Source: Bugula neritina
Taxonomy: Eukaryota > Animalia > Bryozoa
Length of the DNA stretch: 64,000 nt
NCBI GenBank assembly: GCA_964035545.1
Contig: OZ037767.1
Location: forward strand, 12,238,401-12,302,400
Reading direction: 5' to 3'
Shown in pieces: positions 1 through 13,447 of the stretch; position 1 is the first letter of the stretch, and each line of letters opens with the position of its first letter. The notes under the pieces were generated by a model that was not told the DNA's origin, ran no database searches, and worked only from the letters and a program-made list of their open reading frames with translations. Both the position numbers and the translations under genes were made by a program.

Positions 1-103
1 TATACACTGCGACTATACTATACACTGTGACTATACTATACACTGCGACTATACTATACACTGTGACTATACTATACAATGTGACTATACTATACACTGT
101 GAC
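1..103. repeat. 18-bp tandem repeat (TATACACTGYGACTATAC)n, about 5.5 copies
   Basis: Read directly from the sequence. Confidence 0.9.
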
Positions 104-1165
104 CCTGCTAAAACCACCGTAGCATATGGTGCACATAAAGCTATATAAAATGCCATTCTGATATAGGGATCTAAGGAAATGAAAATATAGAAAAAAAGAA
201 TTATCTAATGTCAGTGAAATGAAAATGAATGCCACTTTTTCATGAAAATACCAATTTGATAAATTCCAGTGATTTGAGTGACTATAGAAGAGTGACAAGT
301 GGTAAGCAAGCTCTATCCACTACAGAATTCTAAGAGACCGACAGAAAGTGAATGCATTAGACTACATTGTCAGCTGCAAGTCACTACTAGCTGCAGTATA
401 ACTATACCTGGAGTTCGTATGCTCAGCATAGCATGGCAGGCGAGCTCTGCAATGAAACAGTGGCTGTGATAACTGGACGTCCGTCACGTGTCTCGACAAT
501 GAACAAGTCATGTACTAAGGCTACATGATGGCAGGCCCCAGTGCAATATTTACTCTGCTACTAACTGTTGCTTAGCAACTGTGGCCCAGTGAATATTCAT
601 ATCAGTCTACATATTTACCTGGACATTACTGCTTAGTTGCCATGAAGAGAGGCTAGAAACTCTACTATGTACTACACTACTACATCATGCATTGTCTAAG
701 AAATAACAAATCAGGGCTAAACTAATGCATGAGAAGACAACTCTCAAATAGAGACCAATTTGCAGGTAGATTAAGGAAATTACTTGCATAAACTATAAAA
801 CCTGTGCAACATTCGGTCTGAAAAATGGATGATAGAGTGATGCTGTAACTTCTTGCTCCATCAGCATGCAGTACTTATACTATGCTACAAACTCCCCCTT
901 TACCCCCTATACCATATATATACACTACGTATTGTATTTTATGTCAATTGATTAAACTGTAAACAATCCAGTTGCATTTTATCAACAAAAACAAATATGC
1001 TTTCCTGAGACCTTTCTTTAGTTAACAACTGTGTTTAAATATTATAAACTATACTAAATACTAGAGTGAGTACCTGCACATCTTATCTAATATGTAGGGG
1101 AAGTGCACTGATGTACCTTCTATGCTTTATACAGATACATGGACGAGAGCCTCATTACTACTAAC

Positions 1166-4100
1166 CTATTCAGAAATTTAGCCTCAGAGTAGAGTGCATA
1201 TTCAGCCTGAGGATCCTCCAACTCAGTGTTGATATCCAGAAGAGATTTGTTGTTGGTTTCCCCTGAGCTGTACAGCATCTTATTGATTAAATAGATATTA
1301 GTAGATGTCGAGGAAGAAGGCTCCCCCCTCTCCACATCCTTAATGGTGGCCTGGTGGGAACTCAGTCTAATTGGTGATTTGGTACTTCTCTTCAGCAATG
1401 AAGAGTTGTTGTTCTAAAATGTGGCAAGAATAAAACTGACGTAAAATGTTGTATTACGTTAAATAAAAATGAAAACGAAATAAAATCCAGCTGACAATAA
1501 TGATAACTGTAAGTGTATCTTCAACAGTATGTACTGGTGTATCTTCAACAGTATCTACTGGTGTATCTTCAACAGTATGTACTGGGGTATCTTCAACAGT
1601 ATCTACTGGGGTATCTGTGATGTATGCATGTGTAAGCTCACCTCTGTCTGGTTTTTCTCTGTGAGTTGCAAAAGACGCTCCTTACGTTGGTGAATGCTCT
1701 TACGGAGGTTACCTGGGAGGAAGTTGCTCAGTTTATCACTTGGTATGTTGGGGTCTGATTTGGGGGTTTTAATTTCAGATGAGCTGTCAAGGTCAACTAC
1801 GAAGGCCATGTTCTTAGACACAGTACCCCCTCCTGGAAACATGGTAAATTCAATGTTGAACAAAATATCAATAATATATGGATTTGGTTGAGTTTGGATA
1901 TAAATAATGTTCTCACTAGACTTGAAAATAGGTTAACTCAATTTCCAGATGCCAACTATGTTAATGGCAGTAACTTTGACTCTTGATATCTGTAGCATGG
2001 CAGCTTTATCTATTGTTTCACTTAGCAGTATGTATATATCCTGTTTTCTAAATCTATAAACTATCCTTGTGATAAATATGAGCATTACAGTTGATAGTAA
2101 GAATTAGTACAATGCACCCAAAGAATTGACATCTTAACCATTTATTGTCTACCATTTGTTTTGCCAGAAATCCATATAGACACAGCATTAAGTAACTTTC
2201 AGCAAATACTTGTCAACCTTTAATGATTATAAATATATCATATTATACTAAATACTAACTTGGCAAATATAATCATTATGATACAACCAGTGATGGGGAA
2301 GACTCCATTTTATTCATTTTGAAACTTAATTATTAGATTAAAGTAAACATTCATTGATAGTGATAACCCTTACTCTACGGCCTACGCCCATTTGTCCGAA
2401 CAGTTAAAAAGTGAAAGATTTTTTATGAGCACAAAACTAGTTATAAAAGAAAATTGTTTGGGCACACAACTCTGAAACTACATCTAACATCATTTCTGAA
2501 TATGTTAATCATACTTTGAGTGTTGAGTGAGCATTACATTTTAATGAGAAATAAGAGAAGAGTGGTTTGTTTTAGATTTACTGTAAAATATTACTTTGAT
2601 GGCTTGCATATTTCAAACGAAAACACATGTTTACAACCAATGCTTTTCTTGCAGAGTTCTGTTTACAATCTAATTTATTTGGTTTTAGGTAAAAATGGCA
2701 CCGATAATAATGGCACAGGTAATAATGGCACCAGTAAGAAGGGCACGAATAGAAAGGTAAAAAAAAATGGCACACTGATGTTAAATTTTTCCAAACCCCA
2801 AACTCAAACCCTCAACTCTTACACACCCAACCCCACCCCAAACTCTAATATTGAAAGTGTGCCACTTTTACCTACTTTGCCATTTGTGCCATTATTACCG
2901 GACACCAATTTGGTTTGCCATATTTAAAAACATTTGAAAATGCCACATTATTCAATATTATATTAATAGTTTAATATGAATGTTAAAAATTTGATATTCA
3001 TTAAAGATTTATATTATAGTTATTGACTAATAATTTAGTTTTGGTGGCACCAAACAGGACTAGTACCAGACTTGAAGAAACAATAAGGGAATTGACACTT
3101 TCTCTATAAGCTGCGGAAGTACCATGTATAAAGAAGTAGAATGATTAAAGCATACAGTGTTGACATACCATCAGTGTTGGATTGGTTAGCGGGTATATAC
3201 GTAGACCTCTTTTCCTCAATTGCTTTCTGTGTGTGCTTGTCCTGATCTTTCTGTCTCTGCATGTCTTTGAGTAGTTGTTTGTTGTGATCATCAGCCCCAG
3301 ACTCTCCCCACCATGTTGGTTGCCCATACAACGGCGTGCCTCTCTTTGTGGCAGCACCTACACAGTGTATTAAGTGTCCAGTTACTCTGAAGCTGTCGGT
3401 GAGACTACTAAATAACACCTGGTTTACAGTGCAACTTAATAACTAGTAGCTAGTAACTAGTAACTGATAACTAGTAGCTAGTAACTGGCAGCTAGTAATT
3501 AGTAGCTAGTAAATAGTAACTGAAAACTAGTAACTGTAAACAATCACAGCTAAACTCTACTGCTAGACTCTAGAGTCTAGATAAAAGACAAAGTTTGCTC
3601 AGCAATGTTAGATATGAAATGTTAATAGCAGATTATAGAATGCATCTCCTAAGTGTAATCAATATTACATAATATGTAGTATGTACAGCAGCTGGATTAA
3701 CTTCAGTTCATGAAGTGTGTGAACTGGAGAGTGTCAATGTGGGAGAAAACTCAAACATGTCACTGAATTTAATTATATACATACAAACATACATACGTGT
3801 ACGTGTGCTCATATGCATGTGTATGCATAGGCTATGTGTGTATATAAACACACACACATATATGTATATGTTTATATGTAAAGGTAATTGACTATCTAAA
3901 CATTGGAAATCTTGAACACCTATGACAGTAATGGTTTTCAATTATTAAATAACTGATGTAAATGAAACAAAAATTGAAAATTGTGACATTTTACTGTAAT
4001 CATCTAGGAACAAGTTAACACCTGAAAATTGTCTTTAATTTCACCGAATTAGTAAAAAAAATTAGTAAGAGTTTTCTACATATTACCTAGGACCTCAGGC

Positions 4101-7100
4101 TTTGTTTAATTATGCAATGTACAGCTTTGGCTTTGCCGTATTTCATATATTAGGCTTAATTAAGCCTTTTGACTGGGGTATAGTTAATTTATAACCCTTT
4201 CAGTAAAACCATTTGAAACTTCAGATAGATAGGCAAAATATGTATTGTAGGACATTGGGTTTACAATATCATATTTAATGTTCAGCTGATGAGTGCTTAT
4301 TGGAATGATTGCAGTATTTATTTGAAACTGTAGTGTTCAACATTTGAAAAGGCAGCATTATTTATTTGAAGGGCTAAATCCTAATTACTTTCATACTCCT
4401 ACTCATATATCTAAGTACTAGTTAGTGGAAACTAGCAGCCAATAACTGCAAATGAAATTGTAACTGCAATCATTTTAATGATGGAGCCTGTTACTCAACT
4501 ATAGGTCCAACAAAATCTTGAGACAGCATTTAAATGTGGCTCAAACCATGAACGCCTGATAAGGGTTACCTTGGTTGTATTTGCCAATTGTATTGGTAGA
4601 GGTAATTCTTGCCAACTAACTTTTCCACCATAACAAGATAGCATCAGCAAATAAGTGAAGGTAACGGAGGCCTGCCATGAGCATACAACCCTACCAGCAT
4701 GCTATATTCTATACTTACTGCTACTTGAATACCTCTACACGTACTACTAGTCACTAGAACCTCTGAAACAATGCTGACAATCTATTCTTCTACATAATAC
4801 AGTATTGTATCATCAAATTCCTCACAATTCACTGATGCTGACCACTACAGTGTTTTGTAAATAAAAAAAAACGTATAATACCTTAAAAGTCTGAAAGTGG
4901 TATCATTTAGCCTTACAGATTGCATCTATTGGGAACTTTCCCTTTACTATTTGAAATGTATTGCCTAATTTACACCCCTAGGCTAGTTGCAATCAGTAAA
5001 TCTCTTTTACAACATAAAAAGTCTCAAATATGACTATCTACTTACTCAGCTGTTCGACTCTATCATTGCTCCTTATAGTGTAAGAGACTTGTTGAGTTGT
5101 CTTCTCTCCACCATATTGAGTATGGTCTCTACAATATATTTGTGTAGGGAATTATCTAATGTGTGGTCATGTGTTATAACTAGAGCTAAATTAAGCACCA
5201 TATATTTGCAAGTACAGCAAGTACACTACCAACACCTTGCTTTATACCCATCACATAGTTGTGGATCATAAGTCAAACAGGAGAAAATAAATCTTTATAG
5301 AAAGGCTGAAAGTTTTTATAGTTTATACATGGTGGCATTGGTGAAACTAATATTTCCTAAATCTTACCCTTTGCTGTGGGAGTTGTCTAAACCTGTCACA
5401 TGCTGAGCAAGAGTATTCTGAGGTGGAGGTTTAGTGTCTGGTACCAAATGTAAAGGAGAGACAGGGCTGACCCTGGGCCCCAGGTCATCGGGAGAGCTGT
5501 GTGAATTAGCTGACTGTGCAGACACCGTGTCAACTTCTACAGAGTTCAGCTCTGAGTTAATCCCACAAGAATGGTGGAGTTCTTGTTCTTGAATACAACC
5601 CTAGTAATGGGTATAGTGTGTTACACATGTTGCAACAATAGAGTACATCTTAACAAAATAGCTGTTGTTTTCCATCTTTTCATTCTTCATTGAACTCTAA
5701 TTTTACTCTAAATATGGTTTTGTTTGTTAAGTATTCTTTAAAATTCATTATGATTGTTCAACTGTTCCCAAAACCTGTAGTGTCCAGTGACTTTAGGAAT
5801 TAGGATTTGAAAGCTTAGGAACAACTAGCAAGTTCACTGTAAACCCTTGCATCCTTCAGCCCTGTGGTATTTCTGACAGTGAGAGAAATGAGTAGTGTTT
5901 ATATCCTGAGAGATGTCCCTGATTTCAATTCTAGAAGGGCAGATTTCCCCCTTCCCCTGACTGCACTATACACATTCACACAGAAACTTTGCATTAATAT
6001 AGTTCTCTAAACCAATGAAATGTGTTTAAATGATTTCACAAAATAATTTTCTTTATAAATTATAAAAACCTAAACATGTGAGAAAGCTGCTGTTTATCTC
6101 TAGCCCCCCCCCCCCCTTTTTATAGGCCTAGGCAACAATATTACAAGCTGACATCCTGCGCTGCTTTTTACTGTGTTGGAATAGCTCTGAAATTCAATGT
6201 CCCTTGTGCATTAATGGAAACCCAAGAAACCTATTCTAAAATAAACTTTAAAAAATGAGCTTCAAAAGAATTAGTATGTGTTAGTAATAGTATGTGTTAT
6301 AGCATATTACTGTTATTAGTATGTGTTATAGTATAGTGCTGTTATTAGTACACCTACCTTACACTCAGCCAACAAAGGCCGTCTGTCCCACGTAGGTCTA
6401 CCACCACTCTTACTACCCTGACTGTTGCTTCGAGTGAGAGTGTAGGGAGAATAACTCCGGATATCCTCAGCTGAGTGACTACTACTACTACAGCTACTAC
6501 TACGTCGAAGCATGTCCAGTGACTGTGATTGTGGAAGACTATAAGATACTCTAGTGTCAGTGGATGATGGACATCTTAACTTCAGTAATCTTGATTGTGT
6601 TTATGTGTTAAAGAGTTTAAGTGTGAGGCAAAACTTTGAACAAACACTTTTACTTAACATGACATAATGCTGGCAAACATATTCCACAGTTGAAGAAAGT
6701 TAAAAAGAAATATATTCATCAAAATAGAAATTTAACAAAATCAATATTTGTTTCAACCCTGTTTACACAAAATGGAGGAGTTTTCTTCCTTTAACCTTTC
6801 TAAAGTTGGCTGATGGGTTGATGAACAAGCTGCAGTTATGATATATAATAATGGTACAGGTAATAATGGTACATTTTCAATATTGGGGTTGGGGTTTAGT
6901 TTGGGATTAGGGGTTTGGGCAAATTCAACTCAGTGTGCTATTTTTATCTAGGCCGTCATTACCTGTGCCATTTTTACTATGCCATTTTTACCTGTGCCAT
7001 TTCTACCTAAAATTGTTTTGATCATATTTACTATATAGGTTGGACATAATTAAGTTAACTCTATTATGTAAATTATATTAATATAACATCACAGTTACAT

Positions 7101-9603
7101 TTACATTACCACCTCAGTTTTATCTTTGACATTTTTAATAAAATTACTGTCTGTACAGTATTATAATATCTATCAGTAATCATATTGAATAATATAAAAT
7201 ACCCATTACCATTAATGTTTTTACTATTATATAAATTTTTAGACACTTACAAAGCTATAAATACTTGAAATATTCTTACTAATATCAGTTTTATTATCAT
7301 TATCATCACACTTGTATTGATGCTAGTAAAGGCTGTACCAATAGTAATTTCTTTCTTAAGGGTATGAAACTTTCTCCATTCATTTTACTGTTTTAATGTA
7401 ACAGAACTAAGCTCTATGGCATACAATCAGCAAATTTCTGAGTAAGTGGTTCTTTAATAAATCATGTGAAACCCAGTCCAACAGATACCAAAAAATATAA
7501 TAATCTATCATTGGAAGCCTTATGCAAGTTCTGGAAACCTTGTGGTGCAGATGTAAAGGGTCATTGGAAATATTCAGAAGAATACCTGAGACTACACCTT
7601 GGAAAGGCCAAAACAAAGTTAAAACAAAGTTGAGATGAAGCTATAGTGTACCAACACATCTTAATGAAGAGGTTTTCACCAATGAGTAGAATTATGGCTA
7701 CAATGAATGAGTGCAAAAGGATATGATCACCAAGCTGCAGAGTGTCTCCAACATTCACGGCTATAAAAGTCTGATCTGGAATTCTCTTACCATTTATGAA
7801 GGTCTAAAACAGTTGAATTATATGTCAATATGTCAACACTCAACATACAGTTGTATATATTATATGTCGGGCTAGGCCCTAGCAGAATGGCGGTACTCAC
7901 CCCAGCAGAAGTGCCTAAATCTTTCACTTGGAAATTATTTTGATAATGATTATAGGTGAGGAGAGCGTGCCTCTTGTCTACACCATCCCACTGCAATAAC
8001 AATCCCATATCAACTATAGTTCACACAAGCATCTTGGTTAGTATAGTAATTGCAAATTACACTGACTGCAACCAATATAGACTAGTTTCTCTATTTGAAA
8101 ATAGAACAGAGCGTATCAGTGACCAACACCGAAATCAATGTCTCTTTAGTAGAACTAACAGTACAGAGCTACATTTTTATGCTAATTCCTGGAACAGTTT
8201 GGGAACATAAAATGGAATAAAATGAAGAGCTACTGGCTGCCCAGTCAGGTTTTAAATAATAACTTCTATTAACAAAACTGCAGCAGATTTGAGTACTCAT
8301 CAGAACTGGACCATTTTTATTTCTTATCCATTAGTTTTACTTGTCAATAAGGATATCAATAACACGTTGCTGCAACAAGTATAATGATTATAAGCAATCT
8401 GTTTCATTTTAATTTCATCAACAAATTTATAAAATGAAACCATCGGTATTTATGACTACAATTATAACTATTGTATAGTACTATTTACTATTATACAATA
8501 GTTATAATCATCAAGTCCCTATGCTTCTGTTGAAGGTTACTCAATACTAACCATAGTATGTGTCAATGTAAAACAATACAGAACTATTCCAGAGACTATT
8601 ACGAAGTTGAGATTGTGATTGATGATGTCATCCCCATGGGTCCTGATGACATTTTGACCCTATCACTATCTAACCAATCATATCAGGTTACTGACATGAA
8701 TAGCTGTCCATCAGAGTGAGTCTTAGTTGCAACTAATTTATTTTAATGGTGGTTGGACCAGTCAGTATTTATAGTTGTGTGATAATAGCATGCTTGAAGA
8801 GTTGTCTTGCTGAGTATGCGCGCAAGCACTTGGTATCTCCCAATACAGCCTTATTCAGAGGGTTTTGCACAGTAGAATTTTTGTAAAACCGGGCTGATAA
8901 CTATTTTTTTCTACAAGGAGTTACAGTGCTCCCTCTACGTCTCATGGTTCCATAAACTTATAAAACTGCAACAAATTCCATCATTTTACAGTGTATATAA
9001 CTTTTACCCTCTCTTTATTAACAACTCTAAGAGAAATCAGTTATTCAGTATTTCTATCCATAACTTGGAGTAGATACTATGATAATCCAGTGCATGTATG
9101 TTTAGAATAAAATACTGTTGAATGAAAAATCAAATGCATCCCTCTGCTCATTGGATGCTATAACTAATCTAAATATTACATAACCAATGAGCTTCAGGGG
9201 TTTTAGTCTCCAGCTTTCAAACTATATCCTACACTAAGCTGATTAGAGTTTAATTACAAGAAATGTGATTTTACCTGCCAGTCACCAAATGCTTACAATA
9301 TACTCAAGTCACTTAGCTAAAAGCTAGTTTATTTCCTTCACACTCACCTGTACTTATATGTCACACTCACCTGTACTTATATGTCACACTCACCTGTACT
9401 TACATGCCACACTCAATTGCACTTCCATGTCACACTCACCTGTACTTATATGTCACACTCGCCTGTACTTACATGTCAAACATACTCGCACCCACCTGTA
9501 CATTGATGTCACAGTCACAGTGGCCAAGAAACACCATAGTGCGAGGGAGTAGACAGTCAATCTGTCCATCTTCACTTGTCAACCTATATTCAGGGGAGGC
9601 CAT
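1166..9603 (-). CDS. CEP170: CEP170/CEP170B-like centrosomal FHA-domain protein, 5' part (multi-exon; 3' end unresolved)
   Basis: Spliced exons 9603-9496 (MASPEYRLTSEDGQIDCLLPRTMVFLGHCDCDINVQ), 7990-7901 (WDGVDKRHALLTYNHYQNNFQVKDLGTSAG) and 7803-7725 (TFINGKRIPDQTFIAVNVGDTLQLGD) build an N-terminal FHA domain resembling that of CEP170. Further phase-compatible exons are 6596-6358, 5600-5368, 5128-5046, 3357-3169 (contains RGTPLYGQPTWWG, matching the CEP170 motif RGTPLYGQPSWWG), 1832-1642 and 1413-1166. Exons below 1166 were not resolved. Confidence 0.85.
1515..1617. repeat. 24-bp intronic tandem repeat, about 4 copies
   Basis: Unit GTATCTTCAACAGTATGTACTGGT. Confidence 0.9.
2683..2906 (+). 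mobile_element. Short non-autonomous interspersed element, Helentron/HINE-like (copy 1)
   Basis: Tandem GGTAAWAATGGCAC motifs at the left, a CCCAAA/CCCTAA-like core, and inverted GTGCCATTATTACC at the right. A homologous copy lies at 6847-7012 on the other strand. The family assignment is inference. Confidence 0.6.
6597..7724 (-). other. U12-type (minor spliceosome) AT-AC intron in the CEP170-like gene
   Basis: 5' splice site ATATCCTTTT at 7724-7715, branch-point-like CTCTTTAAC at 6615-6607, terminal AC at 6598-6597. Splicing restores the frame (GAT C|AA TCA). Confidence 0.88.
6847..7012 (-). mobile_element. Short non-autonomous interspersed element, Helentron/HINE-like (copy 2, inside the U12 intron)
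   Basis: The reverse complement (TTTTAGGTAGAAATGGCACAGGTAAAAATGGCA...CACACTGAGTTGAATTT...AATATTGAAAATGTACCATTATTACC) aligns by eye with 2683-2906. Confidence 0.6.
9339..9477 (-). repeat. 23-bp minisatellite resembling the adjacent exon/donor junction, 6 copies
   Basis: Minus-strand unit TGACATATAAGTACAG|GTGAGTG versus the true junction TGACATCAATGTACAG|GTGGGTG. Confidence 0.85.
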
Positions 9604-10602
9604 GGCTCATCATGGTGGCATTCTCTTAATTTTCTACAGAATATCAAAATCTTGCTACAAGGTAATATAACTCTACAACGAAGGGTATTCTCAAATGCCT
9701 CAGAAACCAATAACTAACTTCAGTCAATACAACTAAGAAACTCCACCCATGCCTGAATGATGTATAATAGCTCATTGATCTGCTCTCAATGCTGGCAGTG
9801 AGCAAACCCAACATAAATCATTACACACAGCTTCACAAAAGAAATACTCAATATATTCTACACTAGCAACATGATATATTTATAGGAATTTCTCAATCTG
9901 TATTATAAAAAAACAACAGGAAGGTGACAAAATCAGGAGTTGAGTACAAAATTAGCTCAGCACCATATCCATACCCTCAGTTAGCTTTCAGTTTCTATTC
10001 ACTAATGAGTTATTTACAAGTTAAATGTAAGAATACTTATTGCCAACACAAACAGTAGTACTTGGGTTTATGCAGATGGGAATGACTAACCACATACCCT
10101 GTGTTTACTTGTCCGAATAACCTGAGCAATTAACAAAACCCTTCCTACCAACTAATACCAATGTTACATCCTTTTCTGGGTCCCACTAGCAGCATAGGCA
10201 AGTTTGCGAATACTATTACTTACTATTTTATTAGTAAATAAAAGACAAAACTATGTAGGGATAGGCTGAGTGCAAGTGGAAAAGTAGTTAATCAAATATA
10301 ATGTACATGTAATAAAGGCAATACGCTAGCTGCATGTCCGGTGAGAATTAACTGAATCTAGCTATAGTTAGTAACCCTGTATATTACTGGCAATGCATCA
10401 TACAATTTACAAACTCATGTAATCAATAGAGTAAATGAGCTGAACATAAACTGCTATCAAAGCCAAAGGTTTTCATTCAACTACTGCAAGGATTCATTGG
10501 GATAATTTCCTTACAGTCTATTTACTTCATCAACCATGTTAACTCCATAACTTCTGATATATTAGAGTTAGTTGTAAAATATCACAATCACTCCGGTGAC
10601 AT

Positions 10603-10812
10603 TAGTAAAACCTGGGGTCCAATAGTAAAACCTGAGGTCCAATAGTAGGCTAAAACCTGAGGTTCAATAGTAAAACCTGAGATTCAATAGTAAAACCTGG
10701 GGACCAATAGTAAAATCTGAGGTCCAATAGTAAGCTAAAACCTGAGGTTCAATAGTAAAACCTGAGATTCAATAGTAAAACCTGGGGACCAAAAGTAAAA
10801 CCTGGGGTTCAA
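10603..10812. repeat. About 20-bp tandem repeat (AATAGTAAAACCTGRGGTYC)n, about 10 copies
   Basis: Read directly from the sequence. Confidence 0.9.
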
Positions 10813-12690
10813 CTTGGGTCGTAATGGTGGCACTGCACTGGTGGTAATAATTGCAAAATTATAGCAGTTGTAATCCCAACTTGTTAATCTAATAAACATT
10901 GACCAACACCTGAGCAAGGAAAACTAATATGAGATGTTTCAAACTGCTCTACAAGTACTTTTATGTATTGTACACATACAAGGGAAGTTGAACTGAAAAC
11001 TCAAGACCAGTATGATACAAGGTCTAAAATAACTGCAAAGCAAAACAGGGATGACACGGTGAACAAAAAGGATAAAATATCTGTAATGATTATAACATGG
11101 AGGTATGCTTAGGTTTTAGAAGGTCTTTTAAATCTAACATTTATTGGTGGTTCTCAAAATTGGCATGTTCAACCCAAGATTATGATATGAGGCCTAGAAC
11201 ATGTTATCTTGTACAATTCTGGCTTCAGCTGCAGACACTGGCTCGCAGCTCAACTGTCTGCAGCTGAATTGTAACTTTGAGTTGGTTTCAAACTGAAGAA
11301 TGCAGTGTTTATTTGAGTGTCAATAAAATAATGAGAACTAAAGAGTCATTTTCATCAATTTATGTGAACATAGTATTCCTTTATAGTGCCACAAGTTAAT
11401 TGAATAGTTATCTGAAGCAGTCCCATTACAAACACATGGTATGGAAATTGAACAAACCTTAAAGTAAACAGCACACTTAGTTATGAGATGGATACAGTCT
11501 GTATTACAAATTTGATTGCATAAATCCAAGATACTCAAAGTAAAGTTCATGCTTGCTTGACAAAAATCTTTGGCAAGGCATATTTTAATCATTACATCAC
11601 AATAATGGATCTAGCTACCCTTAGATTTTATAGGCTTGCTTAGGTCTGATGACTTGCTTTATGTGCCAAGTATGTTTATGGCTAGCTTCTGTACACTGAG
11701 ACAGTAATTAGGTCAATTGCAATTGTGGCCATGTGCATACTGAATTATAGAAACTGACGCACCACTTTCTATATGTTTCAACCTGGCATAAAACCCACAA
11801 GAGAGTATCTTACCAGCAGCAAAATTCTGTGCCAATAAGCTAACACCCTAAAGACTTGGCTCAATATTTTGGCAAGCTATGGCCAGAGTTATTGAAAGGC
11901 ATATGAAAGGCAGATAGTAAATATTTACAGTTTCATCCATGTTGCATTCCAAACAAATATTTTATCAATTAATAAAAACCTAAAAGGAAAATATAAAAAG
12001 ATGAGCTATGATGTATTAGTTTGAGAATGTGTATAAAAACGCTGTTGGTTCAAACACTATTACTGGGAAAATTAGTGGTCAATAAATGATTGGTCTTTGC
12101 ATGTGATAATTTTCAACCTGTTATGTCCAAAATATAAACTTTTTACCCGGCAATCTTAAGGCAATAGCGGAAATTATGTCATTTTAGTTTGCTTTCAACT
12201 TTTACACTTTGAGTAGAGCTTGAAGCATTTTGGCCTAATAATAAGAGTAGTAGGAATGCATCCACATGTGAGTTATTATAGAAAATGATATGTTATAGGA
12301 GTATCTGCAGCACAATGCTGGGAAAATATTGGAATATAACGTTATTTTAGGCATTGTAAACAAATTCATCATCATACATTACAAAACATAATGTAGCTGA
12401 TACAGAATGTAGTTAATATTAGTATGATTGTAACTTTGCATTAGTAGAGTAGTAACGTAATGTCAAACTCACATCAATACTAAGTTCAATAGTATAACTA
12501 TAACTGTTCAGATATAATAATGAACAGAACTCTTAGATTGATTTAAAGTTGGAATCCTAGTAATATTTTTGGAACACTAGTAAGTCTATGCAGAAAACTT
12601 AGCTTTTAAAGTACAGAATCAATTATGACCAATAAGTATTTTTCAATAGAACTATAGGTGATGAAATAATCATATTGCAAATAGTCATTC

Positions 12691-13447
12691 ACCGGCTTCC
12701 ATGAGATTGATCTGAGATCGATCTCACCGAGAAATGTGCTCAGATCAATCGGTTTTTCATGACTATGTCAGATCGATCTTGCGTGAATAAATTTTTTAAA
12801 GATAATTAGTTCACCCACCTGAGTGATTAAAGCTACTGCGAAAAGAAAACAAGATTGTTGCAGTCTAGAAATTAACACCAGCTATAAACTACGCACAGCA
12901 AAGCTTTTATCGTAAAGTAATTTGGACAATTTAAAATTATTAATCTTAATTTTTTAGCTTGACAGCTTATATAAAATTAATAGATGTCTTGCAGACTATT
13001 CATAAACTTACAGGATTATTAGGCTTGAAATCACGCAGCAAATAACGAATGAAAGTAAGATTTACTAGTCACTTAAATTCAATTTAAATGCTCCTATTTT
13101 TTGTACCTTCTACCGTCCATAATTTCATATAATTGAATTTACTTAATAATTGAACTAAAAGTCAAAGTTATGGCATCTGAAAAAGTGGCTCTGGTAATTA
13201 TTAAGTACTTTGCTTAGCAATTAACAATAAGTTATCACTTTTATTAGCAGACAACATTTTAGCGAGCAGGCATTTTTCTACTTCTCAGATCGATCTGATG
13301 TCTTTCCATGGTCTTATTGCCTTGAGATCGATCTCAGTTTGATCTCCACAGACCGACCAGCTCAGATCGATGGAGATCAATCTTTGCCGTCTTTCCATAG
13401 ATCGCTCTCGCTGAGATTGATCTCAGATCGATCCATGGAAAGCCAGT
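12691..13447. mobile_element. MITE-like element with about 36-bp imperfect TIRs and subterminal AGATCGATCT arrays
   Basis: Left end ACCGGCTTCCATGAGATTGATCTGAGATCGATCTCA versus reverse complement of the right end ACTGGCTTTCCATGGATCGATCTGAGATCAATCTCA. No ORF inside; TSD not identified. Confidence 0.7.

Noticed and set aside
2520-2927. 135-aa ORF
   Set aside because: It overlaps the Helentron-like repeat; its NGT repeats come from the AATGGCAC motif, and it is antisense within an intron.
8615-8700. C/D-box-like TGATGA...CTGA motifs
   Set aside because: They are antisense to the host gene and show no terminal stem or recognisable guide.
11224-11268. 14-bp-arm hairpin TTCAGCTGCAGACA...TGTCTGCAGCTGAA as a miRNA candidate
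   Set aside because: Too short for a pre-miRNA and no supporting evidence.
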